DNA of 64,000 nt from Mytilus californianus (Eukaryota): positions 5,704,001-5,768,000 of the forward strand of contig NW_026262667.1 in the NCBI RefSeq assembly GCF_021869535.1. Direction: 5' to 3'. How positions within the stretch are numbered: position 1 is the first letter of the stretch; each line of letters starts with the position of its first letter. The notes beneath the pieces were generated by a model. That model had not been told where the DNA came from. It did not search any database and saw nothing but the letters and a program-made list of their open reading frames with translations. The position numbers were made by a program, and so were the translations under genes. Below, in pieces: positions 40,031 through 53,335 of the stretch.

Positions 40031-41001
40031 AAAAGAGGGACGAAAGATACCAGAGGGACAGTCAAACTCATAGATCGAAAACAAACTGACAACGCCATGC
40101 ACAAAAATAAAAAGACAAACAGACAAATAATAGTACAGATGACACAACATAGAAAATTGACTAAGCAACACGAACCCCACCAAAAACTGGGGTGATCTCA
40201 GGTGCCCCGAAAGGGTAAGCAGATCCTGCTCCACATGTAGCACTCGTCGTGTTGCTTATGTTATTACAAATCCGGTAAATAGTCTAATTCGGTAAGTCAC
40301 ATTAGTGAAAAGGGAAGGGTATTGTAGTTACGACATAAGGAACATATCCGCTATTATCTGTGAAACGGTTATTCCATAACGGTCAACCAATTCGTGATGG
40401 CGTCCGTAAAATTTACGAAGGGATGATTTCAACTTCACCATTTGGAACTCTTGGTTTAATAGCTTCCTTGTGAGCAGCAATCCTCTATCAAAGAAATCAT
40501 GATAGGAAATACAAGCCCGGGAATATCGTATCAATTGGGAGATATATACTCCGTATGCAGGCGCTGCTGGAATGTTGCTACATAGAAATGGAAAGTTCAC
40601 AATTCGGAAGCTGAAATCATCTCTTTTGTCGTAAAGTTTTGTTTTCAACCGACCCTCATTGTCAATTTCTAGATGTAAGTCAAGATATGAGGCAGACTTA
40701 ACTGTATCTGTAGTATCCTTTATCTTTAGTTCGATGGGATAGATTCGTTCAACATAGTCACCAAATTTTGTATTATTTAGTGAGAGAACATCATCTATAT
40801 AGCGAAACGTAAAGTTAAAGGACATTGCTAACTTCTTATCTTTCTTCCTAAGAAGTTCCTGCAGTCAGCCTCATAATAATAAAGAAACAAGTCGGCAAGA
40901 AGAGGGGCACAATTGGTTCCCATTGGAATTCCGACAGTCTGTTGAAAAACACGTCCTCGAAACGTAACAAATATGTTGTCAATCAAAAATTCAAGCATCT
41001 T
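40031..41001 (-). mobile_element. 5'-truncated Penelope-like retroelement (Naiad-type, RT C-terminal)
   Basis: RT ORF ends at 40328 with no downstream GIY-YIG; ~300-nt 3' UTR whose end recurs many times in the window. Confidence 0.9.
40328..41000 (-). pseudogene. PLE reverse transcriptase, C-terminal part, one frameshift
   Basis: KMLEFLIDNIFV..FQQTVGIPMGTNCAPLLADLFLYYYEAD / frameshift near 40863 / QELLRKKDKKLAMSFNFTFRYIDDVLSLNN...YDKRDDF...FYGRHHELVDRY. Confidence 0.92.
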
Positions 41002-41915
41002 AAACTGACGTACTAATCATTGTATCTGACCTCAATTAGAGACAACAGTAGTGTACCGGTGTCCAAATGTCATAAATCCATTAAAAAGAGTAAATATATA
41101 ATAAAAAAATGAAGGAATAGCATGATTAAAAAAATATATACTAACCAAGAAAACAAACCTTGGATCATTGAACCATGAACGGAAGCATACGTACCAAAAA
41201 CGTCGGTGAAATTACACAAAATCTTGATTGTTTGTCCCATAGATATGTAAAGATAATATATAGCACATAGTATACAAATCTAACCATGAATTAAGGTCAA
41301 TGTTGTGTGGCCTCTGTCAGACAGACAATTACTCAATAAGACAATTTAAAAGACGTCATATTGACCTTTTACAAACAGTACTGACCTAAGCGCTAAACTA
41401 AACGTTGATAATTAAACATTAAAAAGAGGTCAAGATCAGTTAACTCCCGTCAGACGGACAATTACTTGTATACCGAACACGAATATTATATACAAAACCT
41501 TGGTTGACCTTTAAGAGTAACTGAGAAAATGATCAAAGCGCGAAGACTAAAACACCATTGAAGTGATAATAAAAGTCGAAACTCGGGCATTCAAGACGAA
41601 AATGGTTAATTAATGATGGTATCGTAAATAGTTTTGGTGGATAAAAAGGGCCAAAATAAGCCCTGAAAATGTACCGTCACCTTTATTGGTTTCATTGTAT
41701 TTGACTTTTAAAATTGGTAAATTATATCTAAATTATTGCATATTTGCAGCTTATAAACTATGACATTCAATATAATACCACATTTCCTTAAGATCAAAAA
41801 GTAAAACACATAAATCAGATTTAATGTCCCGATTTCGCTATACGTTAGGTTCTTTTTTGTTTCCCAACTCTTCAACGTTTGTATTAGTTTATGGATTTTC
41901 AAAATTTTAACCTTA

Positions 41916-41961
41916 AGCATCATTGATGAGACAAGAATTGTCGAAATGCACATCTTGTGCA
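41916..41961 (+). ncRNA. Near-canonical type I hammerhead (C3U variant)
   Basis: gcatca-TTGATGA-gaca/agaat/tgtc-GAAA-tgcac-ATC-ttgtgc. Confidence 0.6.
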
Positions 41962-42085
41962 GAACAATTGGTACCGTTAATGTTATTCATAGTATGATGT
42001 GCACATGTTTTAGAGTATTAATATATACATAATTCAATTAATGCTTTGGAAATACACCTCGCCATAGTATTCTGGCGCCTCCTTA

Positions 42086-43143
42086 TAAAAAAGAAGATGT
42101 GGTATGATTGCCAATGAGACAACTCTCCGAAAGAGACCAAATGACACAGAAATTAACAACTATAGGTCACCGTACGGCCTTCAACAATGAGCAAAGCCCA
42201 TACCGCACAGTCATCTATAAAAGGCCCCGAAATGACAATGTAAAAAATTTCAAACGAGAAAACTAACGGCCTAATTTATGTACAAAAAATGAACGAAAAC
42301 CAAATATGTAACACATAAACAAACGACAACCACTGAACTACAGGCTCCTGACTTGGGACAGGCACATACATACAGAATGTGGCGGGGTTAAACATGTTAG
42401 CGGGATCCCAACCCTTCCCCTAACCGGGGACGGTGGTGTAACAGTACAACATAAGAACGAACTATAAAAATCAGTTGAAAGAGGCTTAACTCATCAGATG
42501 GATAAAAATACAAATACTACAAAAACAAGTGGACGTGGCCGGGTACTTGTACATCCAAAACAACAAAAAGACACTAAGTACAGATCTGAGAGTACTCGCA
42601 GTTACTGACAGTTAGTTCAAAGCCACTAACAACTAATAAAAAAAATTCATGCATCTAAGACTAAATTATCAATCCGTACACATCCAACATCCAATGGATT
42701 TAGTGTAAAGACGTCATAAACAGTCAGAGAAAAACATGACCTTGTGCAATGCCAAGATACAGGTATCGACAGATTGTAGATCCATGAATGTGTACATGTA
42801 TTTAACAATATTATTTAGTTTGCTTTTAATTTACTGATAACAAAATCAATATTAATACCAATAAAAACGATATTTTATGATCTAATTACAGTGTTGAATT
42901 GGTAACCTTTTAGAATAAGTTTATTTAAAGGATTGATAAGTTTACCAGGATCGTTTCTAAATTTCCGGGCACGGTAAACAATATTACCGTAAAAATGAGG
43001 ATGTGCAATCCTGTTTGAAATAAGTTTTCTACAGGTACAACCAAACTTCAAAACCAAATCTTTATATCTGTGGAAGAATTTAGTAAAGGTTTTAAGTAAT
43101 ACATAGATTACGTTCGTTAAAATCAAAAACGTCACAACAGACT
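42086..43143 (-). mobile_element. 5'-truncated Naiad-type PLE with SECIS-bearing 3' UTR
   Basis: ORF 42875-43135 (KTFTKFFHRYKDLV...HPHFYGNIVY...KGYQFNTVIRS); reading past the TAA gives NIVFIGINIDFVISKLKAN-stop at 42815, colinear with 61541-61709. Confidence 0.85.
42659..42725 (-). promoter_or_regulatory. Type II SECIS element
   Basis: Sense: GACUG-UUU-AUGA-CGUCUUUACACU-AAA-UCCA-uuggaugu-UGGA-UGUGUACGGAU-UGAU-AAUU-UAGUC; UGAC/UGAU quartet, 12 nt to AAA, apical mini-helix. Confidence 0.8.
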
Positions 43144-43319
43144 ATCACTTTTGAAATTTCAAAATGGAAGACTTTTATATTATGATGACAGTTTAAGCTA
43201 AGGCATATATAATCTGGTTAACGTCGTGGAATACCATTAGTACTACACAAATGATACAATGTAGTTTTAAGTTAATATTTACAACAACAATGTGACTTGC
43301 ACTTTTGTAAATGACTTAA

Positions 43320-43505
43320 ATGTGCCTGTGCCAAGTCATGAGCCTGTAATTCAATGGTTGTCGTTTGTTGCTGTGTAACATATTTGTATTTCGTTCATTA
43401 TTTTGTAAATAAATAAGGCCTTTAGTTTTCTTTTTTAAATGTTTTACATTTGTCACTTCGGGGCCTTTTGTAGCTGACTATGCGGTATGGGTTTTGCTCA
43501 TTGTT
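43320..43505 (+). mobile_element. Inverted 3' UTR fragment of the 42086 family
   Basis: Reverse complement of ~42185-42365. Confidence 0.75.
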
Positions 43506-44349
43506 CAAAAATGGTTCATATTCCGACCCTTAAAACATGTATAGTCTGATTTGATATTTCTAGTTCAGAATATGTATTATCCACGGGACATACCCCTCTC
43601 CTGCATATCATTAATTGTTAAATATTTTGAAACTGTTCATATCCCATATATATTCTTAATTTTCATGACAATATCGTTACAGTACACCATATATTTTCCG
43701 TAAAGGGTCATGCCCCGCACCATTTTATCGTTAGTAGACAATTTTTATGCTCTCTATACAGAACAAAATCATCGTAAAAGAGATGGGAAGGATACCAAAG
43801 GGGCATTCAAACTCATAAGTCGAAAATAAATTGACAACGCCATGGTGTAAATGTTTCTTCAAATTCCACCGATTATTAGCTCTATTTTACTTGTTACGAC
43901 GGGAGTCACTGGTTGGGAAGAATCTCTTCACCCTAAAGATCATTTCAGTATTTTGTGGGGTTATTAACTTGACCTGTTGATACTATTTGTAATTCTTTTT
44001 TGTAATTTAATGTTTAATTATTCAGGGTTATATCTGGTCTATATACCAGCTTTGATAAGTGTTTGGTAGTACTATAAATTTTCACTTCTTCGAACAATGA
44101 ATATCAAAATTATTTATTTTGTGAAAATATTTCCTTTCTCCTTTTAAACTGTATACCTAACAACAAAATTATTTTCATTTACCTGTGTATAATATTATTG
44201 TTAATGGCGGATTTTTGTTTAAGGTTATTGTTGTTTTTCTGAAATTGTTTAACATTTCACAGCGGTATAATACTGTTACTTTAATTATTCATCCCTTTTT
44301 TTATTGATTTTGTATTTACATTGTATCATATCAAATTTATTCGTTCAGT

Positions 44350-44722
44350 GTATGTTCACTTGTGTTAATATGTCTTTTGATTGAGTTAAGCAATTTCAAT
44401 TGATATTTTATAGTGTGTCTTTCTATGTTGTGATGTTACACTATTGTTTCAGATAAGGGTGAAGATTTGGTACCATTAAAACGTTTAAACCCGCTGCAAT
44501 TGTGTTTCTTGTTTCTCGTTTTTTTTATAGATTAGGCCGTTGGTTTCCCGTTTGAATGGTTTTACACTAGTAATATTTTGGGCCCTTTATAGCTTGCTGT
44601 GCGGTGTGAGCTAAGGCTCCGTGTTGAAGACCGTACTTTGACCTAAAATGGTTTACTTTTATAAATTGTGATTTGGATGGAGAGTTGTCTCATTGGCACT
44701 CATACCACATCTTCTTATATCT
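44350..44722 (+). mobile_element. PLE-type 3' UTR fragment
   Basis: Ends gagttgtctcattggcactcataccacatcttctt, as the 42086 family does. Confidence 0.75.
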
Positions 44723-47700
44723 ATTAGCAAAAATGCCCAATCTTAAGTTTTTGTGTATTTTTGGTTATTAGCTGTCATTTGCTGATTTCGGTTTTTATAT
44801 CCCCGCTCCGAACTACAAATCTGGTCTTATTGAAATTTAGAGTCAGGCTTCGAGTGGGCTTGTCAATTCGTTTGATGTGTTTTCTCGTTAATCGCCCCCA
44901 AAACGGCCCTGTAAAGGTTTTTTTAACTTCAATTATTAAAGTAAACATAATGGATATGCATTGCTAAATGTATGATATTTAAAAGTATAAAACGAAAATT
45001 GTATATCTGCTTCATATTTATAAATACATTAGCCGGAATAGGAATAGATTTAATTTTTGTCCTTTTTTTTAGAAATTTATCAATTTTCCAACCTTTTTTC
45101 ATGATTTTGTATGTGGCGCCTACCCTCGCTCATTGGAATATTTATTGAAAAGTAAGAATATGGTATAAAAAGAATATTTCAGCAAATATATTAGGAGCCG
45201 AAGGGTAGCGCCACTGTTAATTTTTCAGAAAACTGTCATAAATTTTGCAGAATTCTGCTAAAAAATCAGGTTTTTACGAAACTCCCCTTTCTTATGACGT
45301 CACAATTACGTCACAAATGACGCAATTGGTGAAAATATGTTTTAACTGAAACAATTGTATATTTTATCATATGTTTTAATCAAGTTTTCACTACATTATC
45401 ACAGTGAATTTTTTTAACTTGTAGGGCCAAAATTATGAGTTAGAGAACCAACTCCTATATAAATGTTAATGGGTTTCGTGTATCTCAATCGGAAGATTTC
45501 TATGTAATGTTTTGTTTGCTGAATTACGTTTTGTTTTTCCTTATTTTGTGAATTCTTCGTCGACTGGTCTTGTATTATCTTCGTACTTGTTTTTTTTTTT
45601 TATCTTTCAGCATTATTAGCTTGATTTTACTTACTACGGCGGCGGTCACTTTTATTTGTTTGTTAATGATCAACACAATGATACATGTATCCTAGTCAAG
45701 CAGGAAGGTAAATTCAAACCATCTTTTCCGACATGAATGTATTTTGCTGTTTTAAACCGCTGAAATAATTCTTACCATTGGAGGCTTATTTTAACGTATT
45801 GAAGCTATTTTTGTACTTCAAAATAAATTAACAGGATTTAAAAAATATTGATTGTATCTTATGTTTCCTAAAATAACTAACGGTGACAATTTATTTTGTA
45901 ATAACTCTTCTTTTTTCACGGGAAATTGTTTAGATAATTGATCAATATTGTTGCAAAATTACTGTAATTTTTTTTAAAAGTATGAAATAAAATAATGTCT
46001 GTGAACTAATATAAAAGTAAGGAGGAGTGATCTGATTGTCAATGACAACTACTAATCTGAAACCAAGGGGCGAGGATAAAACCGATTGTAGGTCAGAGTT
46101 AGGCTTTCAAAAATGAGCAAATACCTGGAAAAAAACTAACGGTCTGAAACAGCTTATGCTAAAACAGCAAACAAAAAACTTTTTTGAGAACATTGACGTA
46201 TACCGCACATCTCCCTACTTATATTCAAAAATACTAAGACGACATGCAACATTGATCTCCAGTAGTTTTGTCCATTCTTTTCACAGCACGTTTGAATGAT
46301 TTCCAATATATATATATTTATACATCTCTGTTTCAAAACCTGGCTTTTATTTTTTCTGATGACGGTAAATTCTGTAAAGGTAATCAATCACAGCAAACGA
46401 TTCAGTACAACTGGGTTGATACTAAAGTTAGTTTAATTATTTCATAGACGGTGTCAAAATGTTTCAACTAGAATATTGATTTATAACATACAAATTGATG
46501 AATTCTCAACGTATACAAATGCGTTAATAAAAATAATGAGTTCAGCTCCATCTGACGACCATATATTTATTTAAAAATTCCTTTTAGTAAACACAATTCC
46601 CATGTGCATATGTGTCCTGCCAATTTTTTCATTTCGAAAAGGGGTAAACATAGAAACTAACATTAAACAGTCAAACTCAGAGTACTCTATACTTTTATAC
46701 TCAAAATATTTATATAAAAGATAGCAACAACGATAAACATTCATCACTGGTCATTATTTTGCAGAAGGTTATTCTTAGATTTGCCGATATGCATGCATTT
46801 TACGAGTTGCCAAACCTGTCGACGTGCCCGGTCTCGCTATTATTTGAGTTCATACGATGTTTTGCTTATATCTTAACTTGTATCTACAAGTGGAGCCATG
46901 AGATGATTTGAACATTGCTTAACCGCTGTGGCCTTTAATTAACTTGTCATGAGAAACAAGACGGTTGTTACTAGTGGGATATGAACTGCTTACCTTTTCA
47001 GAGGTATCACGATTGTTTCCCAAATATTCAGTCTAAACATTTTTTGTGTTGAAATGTCATTTGTTTTTTCAAGTAATTCTTTTACATAATCATAAAGTTT
47101 TTCTTTATAACATTTGGTTTTCTTTCCACCGTGATATTTATATGTTCGTATCAAAGTATATTTCTATTGATCGATTCCTTTTATTAAAAAACGATGTGCT
47201 ACAACTATTTTACTTCTGCAATTCTATACGGTTTCTAGTCAGATCGCTTTATAAAATAATGTTGGTTTTTTTGCTAATGCTTTGACAATTATACTCCAGA
47301 TTCCTTAATATTGATTTGGGTTTTATCGTTTCTACCACAGCACTGTTTATTATTGTTCGACTGTTCCTTTGTTATCTCTCGTGTGTTTCTTTTGATCGCT
47401 ATTTCTCGTTTTTTTTCTACCAATGCTTTATTCTTGTTCAACTATTTATTTGTTATCTCCTCGTTAGTATTTTGGTTCATTTATATCTTAAAATTTAATT
47501 GAGTTGCTTATTTAATAATAATTTAGTGATGCATGAACAATCCTATAGAAAAACAAGAAGACAAAGAAAAACCATCTTTTCCGACATGAATGTCTTTTAA
47601 GTGCCCTGATAGGGATACTGTGTCAAGTCACATGTTTTATTTTTACCACTGAAATTATTCAAGGCATTGGAGTCTTGTGTTTCAGATTTATTGCAATAGC

Positions 47701-48057
47701 GAATAAAAGTTGTTTTATAATTTATCTTTTTGGACAGAATTTACAAATGTATTTTGTAAAATAACTAATTAATACAGATTTTGCATTGTAATAATATTCT
47801 GTTTCATTTAAGATATGATATAAATAAAAAAAATGACTATCTTTGCGAAAGTTCTGTTAGAGAACTAGTTTTAACCGTGGCTAAGCGTGATGAAACATTT
47901 ACTGTTTTAATGATTTAAAAGTTGGTAGTTTAAATGTTGTTATATCATAGTTGATTTGTAATAGAGCACATAATGTATCCACCAAATGTTTTATTTTATG
48001 ATTTTTGATATGCATAAGCTATCACTTATCAAATTCCAATGTCTTTATAAATTAGAG

Positions 48058-48290
48058 GCAATAGAAGAGGGACGAAAGATACCAGAGGGACAGTCAAACT
48101 CACAGATCGAAAACAAACCGACTACGCCATGGCCAAAAACAAACAGACAAACAGACAAACAACAGTACAGATGACACAACACAGAAAACCGAAGACTAAG
48201 CAACACGAACCTCACCAAAAACTGGGGGTGATCTCAGGTGCTCCGAAAATGTAAGCAGACCGCTCCAAATGTGACACCCGTCGTTTTAAT
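48058..48290 (-). mobile_element. PLE 3' terminal fragment
   Basis: Close match to 40031-40255. Confidence 0.85.
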
Positions 48291-48428
48291 TTACCGATGT
48301 TCGAATCTCATAAATCAATTAAGAAGGTACAAATCAAGGTATACACAAAAACTGTGGGAATACGTATGGTCCAATTTTCAGCTTTGTAAAAAAGATAATT
48401 ACCATAACATTAACTGTACCACTTTTAC

Positions 48429-48475
48429 TGCATCAGATACGCATTTCGACAATAAATGTCTCCTAAGTGATGTTC
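48429..48475 (-). ncRNA. Decayed type I hammerhead motif
   Basis: Sense acatca-CTTAGGA-gac/atttatt/gtc-GAAA-tgcgt-ATC-tgatgc. Confidence 0.5.
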
Positions 48476-50574
48476 GAGGTCAAAATATTTGAAAATCCAA
48501 ACCTGATATAAATATTGAAGAAATGGTCAAATAAAAAGGACCTAAAGTATAGTCAAACTGGACAAGGAATCAGAGATTTGCTCCAATTTTTTTCCAAATT
48601 TTCCAATCCAACAATATCCGTATAAGTATTGAGAGTAAATCAAAAATTCAAAATGAAGTACGTTTAACGTTTATTAATAAGATATTGATATATAAATTAG
48701 CAACACCGACCACAAATTAAACAATGGACAACATTCTACAGCATGTAATTCAAAGTTTTGTGGAGATTCATTAAGGGCGTCATAGTACACCCAGACTCCT
48801 TATAACAAAGGAAAATGATACAAAAATATAAATCTCATACAACATACGATATTAATCCTCAGATAGTTTTGTTTTATCCGTTCAATATATATTAGCAACT
48901 GCAACAATATAACCGTTTTTCTTACTGATGAAAAGAAAATGACATTTAAAGTTTTTATAATACGTGTGCCAGACAAAAGACACGATCAATACCAAAATAA
49001 TCCGTGTAATATAATTCGATTGGAATTCAATAAAAGTGCAACGTCTATGTCCACCCTCACCTATACAATTTATGTGGTTATACAAAAACAACAGTTTCTT
49101 TCAAAACACCGTATTTTCTACATGATGAGTATTCACGGTTCACTGCTTCAACAGAATGTACCGTATTTTTCAATTTGTATAGTAATTTACTATTACCATT
49201 TAATCAAGACAAGTCAGCATTAATATAAAAATGTGAATAAATACCCGTATAGTAACTCCAAGTAGTCAATATATTAATTGAGTGTAACTTGAATTCAAAA
49301 GGTACAGTTAGTAATTTCTACGAAATGGGTAATATTTTGCATTTCGTTGTTCTCGATTATCAGAAATCACATTTAAGTGGATACCCCCATTTTTTCAAGT
49401 TATTTAAGCTACAATATCTTTAAATAACTCAATAGCACGCCTGATAAAACATATATGTTGTAAAGATAGGTGCATTCTCGATTTTATCTTTAATTAAATG
49501 CAGTTGTACATGTCTACTTTTTTTCTTATAATAAATCGAATGTATCATAATTGGCTACCCGTATGCTTGAAAAAGAATATTTTGTACGAAAAAGAAACAT
49601 AAAGTTCGTTTGAATATTTACAATGATATATACAATTATATAAAAGAGCGATTGTCTAAAAGTCAAGTCGCTTAATGTAATAAAACCGTCAAATCATGAT
49701 TTTGGACGAATTGATAAAATGTATCCTGATTAAGGTTCGTGTCGCTCAATCTTTAGATTTTTGTGTATGCTTTGTTTGCTATACTTTATTTTTTCTACCA
49801 TGGTTCTGTCTATCCTAGTTCGACTGCTCCTTTGTGATCTTCTCACTTGCATTGACGAATTTATTTTAGTCGCTTGTGAAATAATAATTTCAGTGATACT
49901 TAAACAATCCTAGATAAACAGGAAGACGACGTAACACCATCTTTTCCGATTTAAAAGTGTCCTTTTAAAAAATAGCTATTATGTCAAGTTATTTGCTGTA
50001 TCGAAAACCGCTGAAATAATTGAAGCAATTGGAGGCTTGTGATTCAGATTCAATGGAATAACGCATAAGTTTATTTTTAACATGCAAAGAATTTACAGGA
50101 TTTAAAAGCAACATTTAATTTATTTTTCGTAAAGCGCCTTATGAATAAAAAACAGATTTTGTAATCAATTTTCTGTTTCCATAGGAATATCAATTAAAAA
50201 ATACTTATTATTGCAAAAGTTCTGTTAGAGCATACATTTTAAACTTTGATAAGTGAAATTAAACTTATTCACTTTTTATGATTTAAAAATTATCATTGTG
50301 AAGTTTATGTGTATTAGGATTAATGCATTCTTTAAATGCTTTCATAGTGTGATTTTTTATATTCATGAGGTATCGACGATGAATATCATTTTAGTTACAT
50401 AATTCCAATGTCTTTAAACCTCTTGTCTACTAGTATTTGTTTAGCTTCTTAAATTAAAGGGTAAGTAAAGAAAAATAAAATTGAAAATAAAAACACAGAG
50501 TACGCTTTACAATTACTTTCAAAAATACACTGTACAACAATTTACAGCAGCTAATTCACAATTTAATTAGGTGC

Positions 50575-50750
50575 TCTCGAGATCACCCCTGGTTTTGGTG
50601 GGGTTCGTGTTGTTCAGTCTTTAGTTTATATGTTGTGTTTTGTGTACTGTTGTATGTCTTTCCGTCGTTTTCTGTGTTTTGCCATGGCATTGTCATTTTA
50701 TTTTCTTCGACTCATGAGTATGAATATCCCTTTGCATCTCTTGCCTCTCT
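50575..50750 (+). mobile_element. PLE 3' terminal fragment
   Basis: gagatcacccctggttttggtggggttcgtgttg ... ttgcctctctttt. Confidence 0.8.
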
Positions 50751-53177
50751 TTTATGATGATTCATTAAAGAAATGACACTAATTATAACTAAGTAATTTT
50801 ATACAAATTATAAAAACTGCAATATAAAACCTCAAATATTTTTATGATTTAACTGTTCAATATATATGAGTAATTGCAACACTATACCCGGTTTCCTAAC
50901 CGTTAAAGAGAAAATGGCATTAATAGTTTTCTTGATACCCGTGGTAGACGGCAGACGCAACCAAATACCCAAATAATTCGTGTAATATAATTCAATTGGA
51001 ATTTAATGGAAATAACGTCGTTTTCTACTCTCACATGTAATAAACCACATACGTGGTTATCTAATAAACAATAGATACTTTCAAAACAACTGATTTTGTA
51101 CACAATACACCTTCACTTATCAGTACTTTAACAAAATCATACTGTGTAATTTTTCAGTATTTTGATATTAGTTTACGACTACCCTTTGATCAGTTTAGGT
51201 CAGTTTTACGATATATGATTAATATGAAAATGTCAATGAACCCCCGTAGAAGAATTGCAAGTAGTCAACAGGTGAATAGAATGTAACAAATGTAACTTGA
51301 ATACAAAAGGTATACTAAGTATTTTGTACACGATAAATCGTCACTTATCACTACTTTAACACAGTTTACCTGTTTATTTTTTCTGTACCTTAAAAATTAT
51401 TTAATACTACCTTTAATGTGTCAGGTTCTTTTTTTATGCAATACATGGTTGATATAAAAATGTCAATGACCCTCCCCCCTTTCCCCATAGAATAATTGCA
51501 AGTGGACTACAGGTAGAATGTAACTTGAACACAAAAGGTATATTTAGTATTTCCTACGTAATGGGTCATATTTTGCATTACATTGTTGTCAATTGTAAGA
51601 AATTATAGTCGATGGGATAAATTCATTAATGAAACCTTTCTATTGATAATCCAGCACGTACAAAGATAAGTTAGGTGATTTTTTCGATTTTATAAATGAC
51701 TAAATGCAGTTGCATGGTATCTAAAGTTTTCTTAAAATTAATCAAGTTTATCGTAATCGCTGACCCTAATTCTAGAAATCATCACGCGTTGAATATTTTG
51801 TACTGTATGGGAACATATTAAGTTCATTTACAAATGTACCATGAAATATAGAATAAGATAAAAGAGAGACTGTCGAAAAGTAGCATATTGTTTCACTACA
51901 ACCTTCTAGTAATTTTAACATCAAGCACTTGTATTATTTTCTATGCAACATAGATTTCTGTGCGCATATAATGTTTGGTGTCAGCCTCATCAGGTACACT
52001 TAAGACTAAACATTTAGATAGCAAATAAAGTAAAATGTTTTGAGAGTATACAAACAAAAAAGACTTAAACAAAACAGCTATTTAGACCATGGTAAAATTT
52101 TCTCGTATTTAAATATTTTCTTTTTTTAAATGGTATACTCCAATTAAAATCAAAGGGGCTGGCTTGGCTCACTAATATAAGGCATTTAACGTGAGCAACA
52201 ATACCAAAATGTCAGACTTTAGTATAACGCATGCCTAATCGTAAATAATATTTGTCACAGTCCTTACTTCGACAAGTGTTACTTTTTATAACGTTGGAAC
52301 CAAATGTCGGATGTTAAATCATAGAAAAAATGTCAAACTTGTTTCATTTAGTCTCGATTCATTTGGATGATAGTGGATTCAAATTGATTTATACACCAAT
52401 GTGTGGCTGTTTATACCAGCATATTTCAGCTGATATCAGTACATTACTTTCAAATATCTCATTTACGGTTTACGGGTTTCTCCTTTTCTACAATAATCCT
52501 TACATGACTTGACACATCCGACAAATCAGTTTCCAATGGTTGTGTTTCCCTGCTAGAAAGGTGCTACTTACTAGGGCAAAAAGAAACAGAATATACCAAG
52601 GGGACAATCAAAAACCAAAAATCGATAAAAAAACAGACGTCCTCATTTCCTCGAATGTGACATCACCGTATGATACACACCGCCGTAACCGTACTTACCA
52701 TGAGCAACATAACTGGTTCCATATGTTGAACACCTCAGATTACTAATGTATTACTTTTCTATGTATTGTTTGTCTTTTGTCGTCATTGGCTCTTTACCAT
52801 GGCCTTGTAAGTTTCTCATCGACTTATGAGATTTGATGGTCATATAGGTATCTTCAGCCTCCCTTTTATATTGTCAAAGTTAAAAAAATAAAAATGAAGA
52901 AAAGACAAACAACATTCTACAAACCACTACACAGTTAATAAAGATTGATCACCACAAACTCCACCAAAACCTGGGGATGATCCCAGGTGGTCCTGAAGAA
53001 GAAGAAGTAGCTCCTTTGTGATGATCAGTGCAAGTTAAAATTCGTTGACAAGTTGCATTCGGTGATGTCAATATCGACGAAAAGAACCTACTCGTAGTTT
53101 TTAATCGTAAAATTAGAGTTATCTCTACGAAAGTTTATGGACCTTATATAGCTTACCAAGACTACTCAGCACTGTTT

Positions 53178-53335
53178 CAACATATTTGTTGAGTAACGTG
53201 GATTTATATTCCAACAAACAGTCAGTATTCAAACGGGAATATTTATTGAGCACCTCTACTGGTCAACCTGTTTATGAACTCTAACGCAACATAACTCAAA
53301 CAGAACCTTTTCAAAGTCAAAAAGAAAAGGCCTTT
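53178..53335 (+). pseudogene. Decayed PLE RT fragment
   Basis: NIFVE*RGFIFQQTVSIQTG / *APLLVNLF..QNLFKVKKK aligns to NIFVTFRGRVFQQTVGIPMGTNCAPLLADLF. Confidence 0.7.

Noticed and set aside
40191-40255. SECIS in the third PLE family's UTR (ACGA...GGCACC-UGAG on -)
   Set aside because: No AUGA, no apical AA at 11-12 nt, and the stem register needs a bulge; at most a kink-turn-like fold
48939-49223. 94-aa ORF in unit V2 as a small gene family
   Set aside because: Homologous positions in V3 (~50915) and V4 (~55276) have frame-breaking indels and early stops
52490-52560. Possible micro-exon on - (cag|GGAAAC...CAT|gtaagg)
   Set aside because: No other exons or recognisable product
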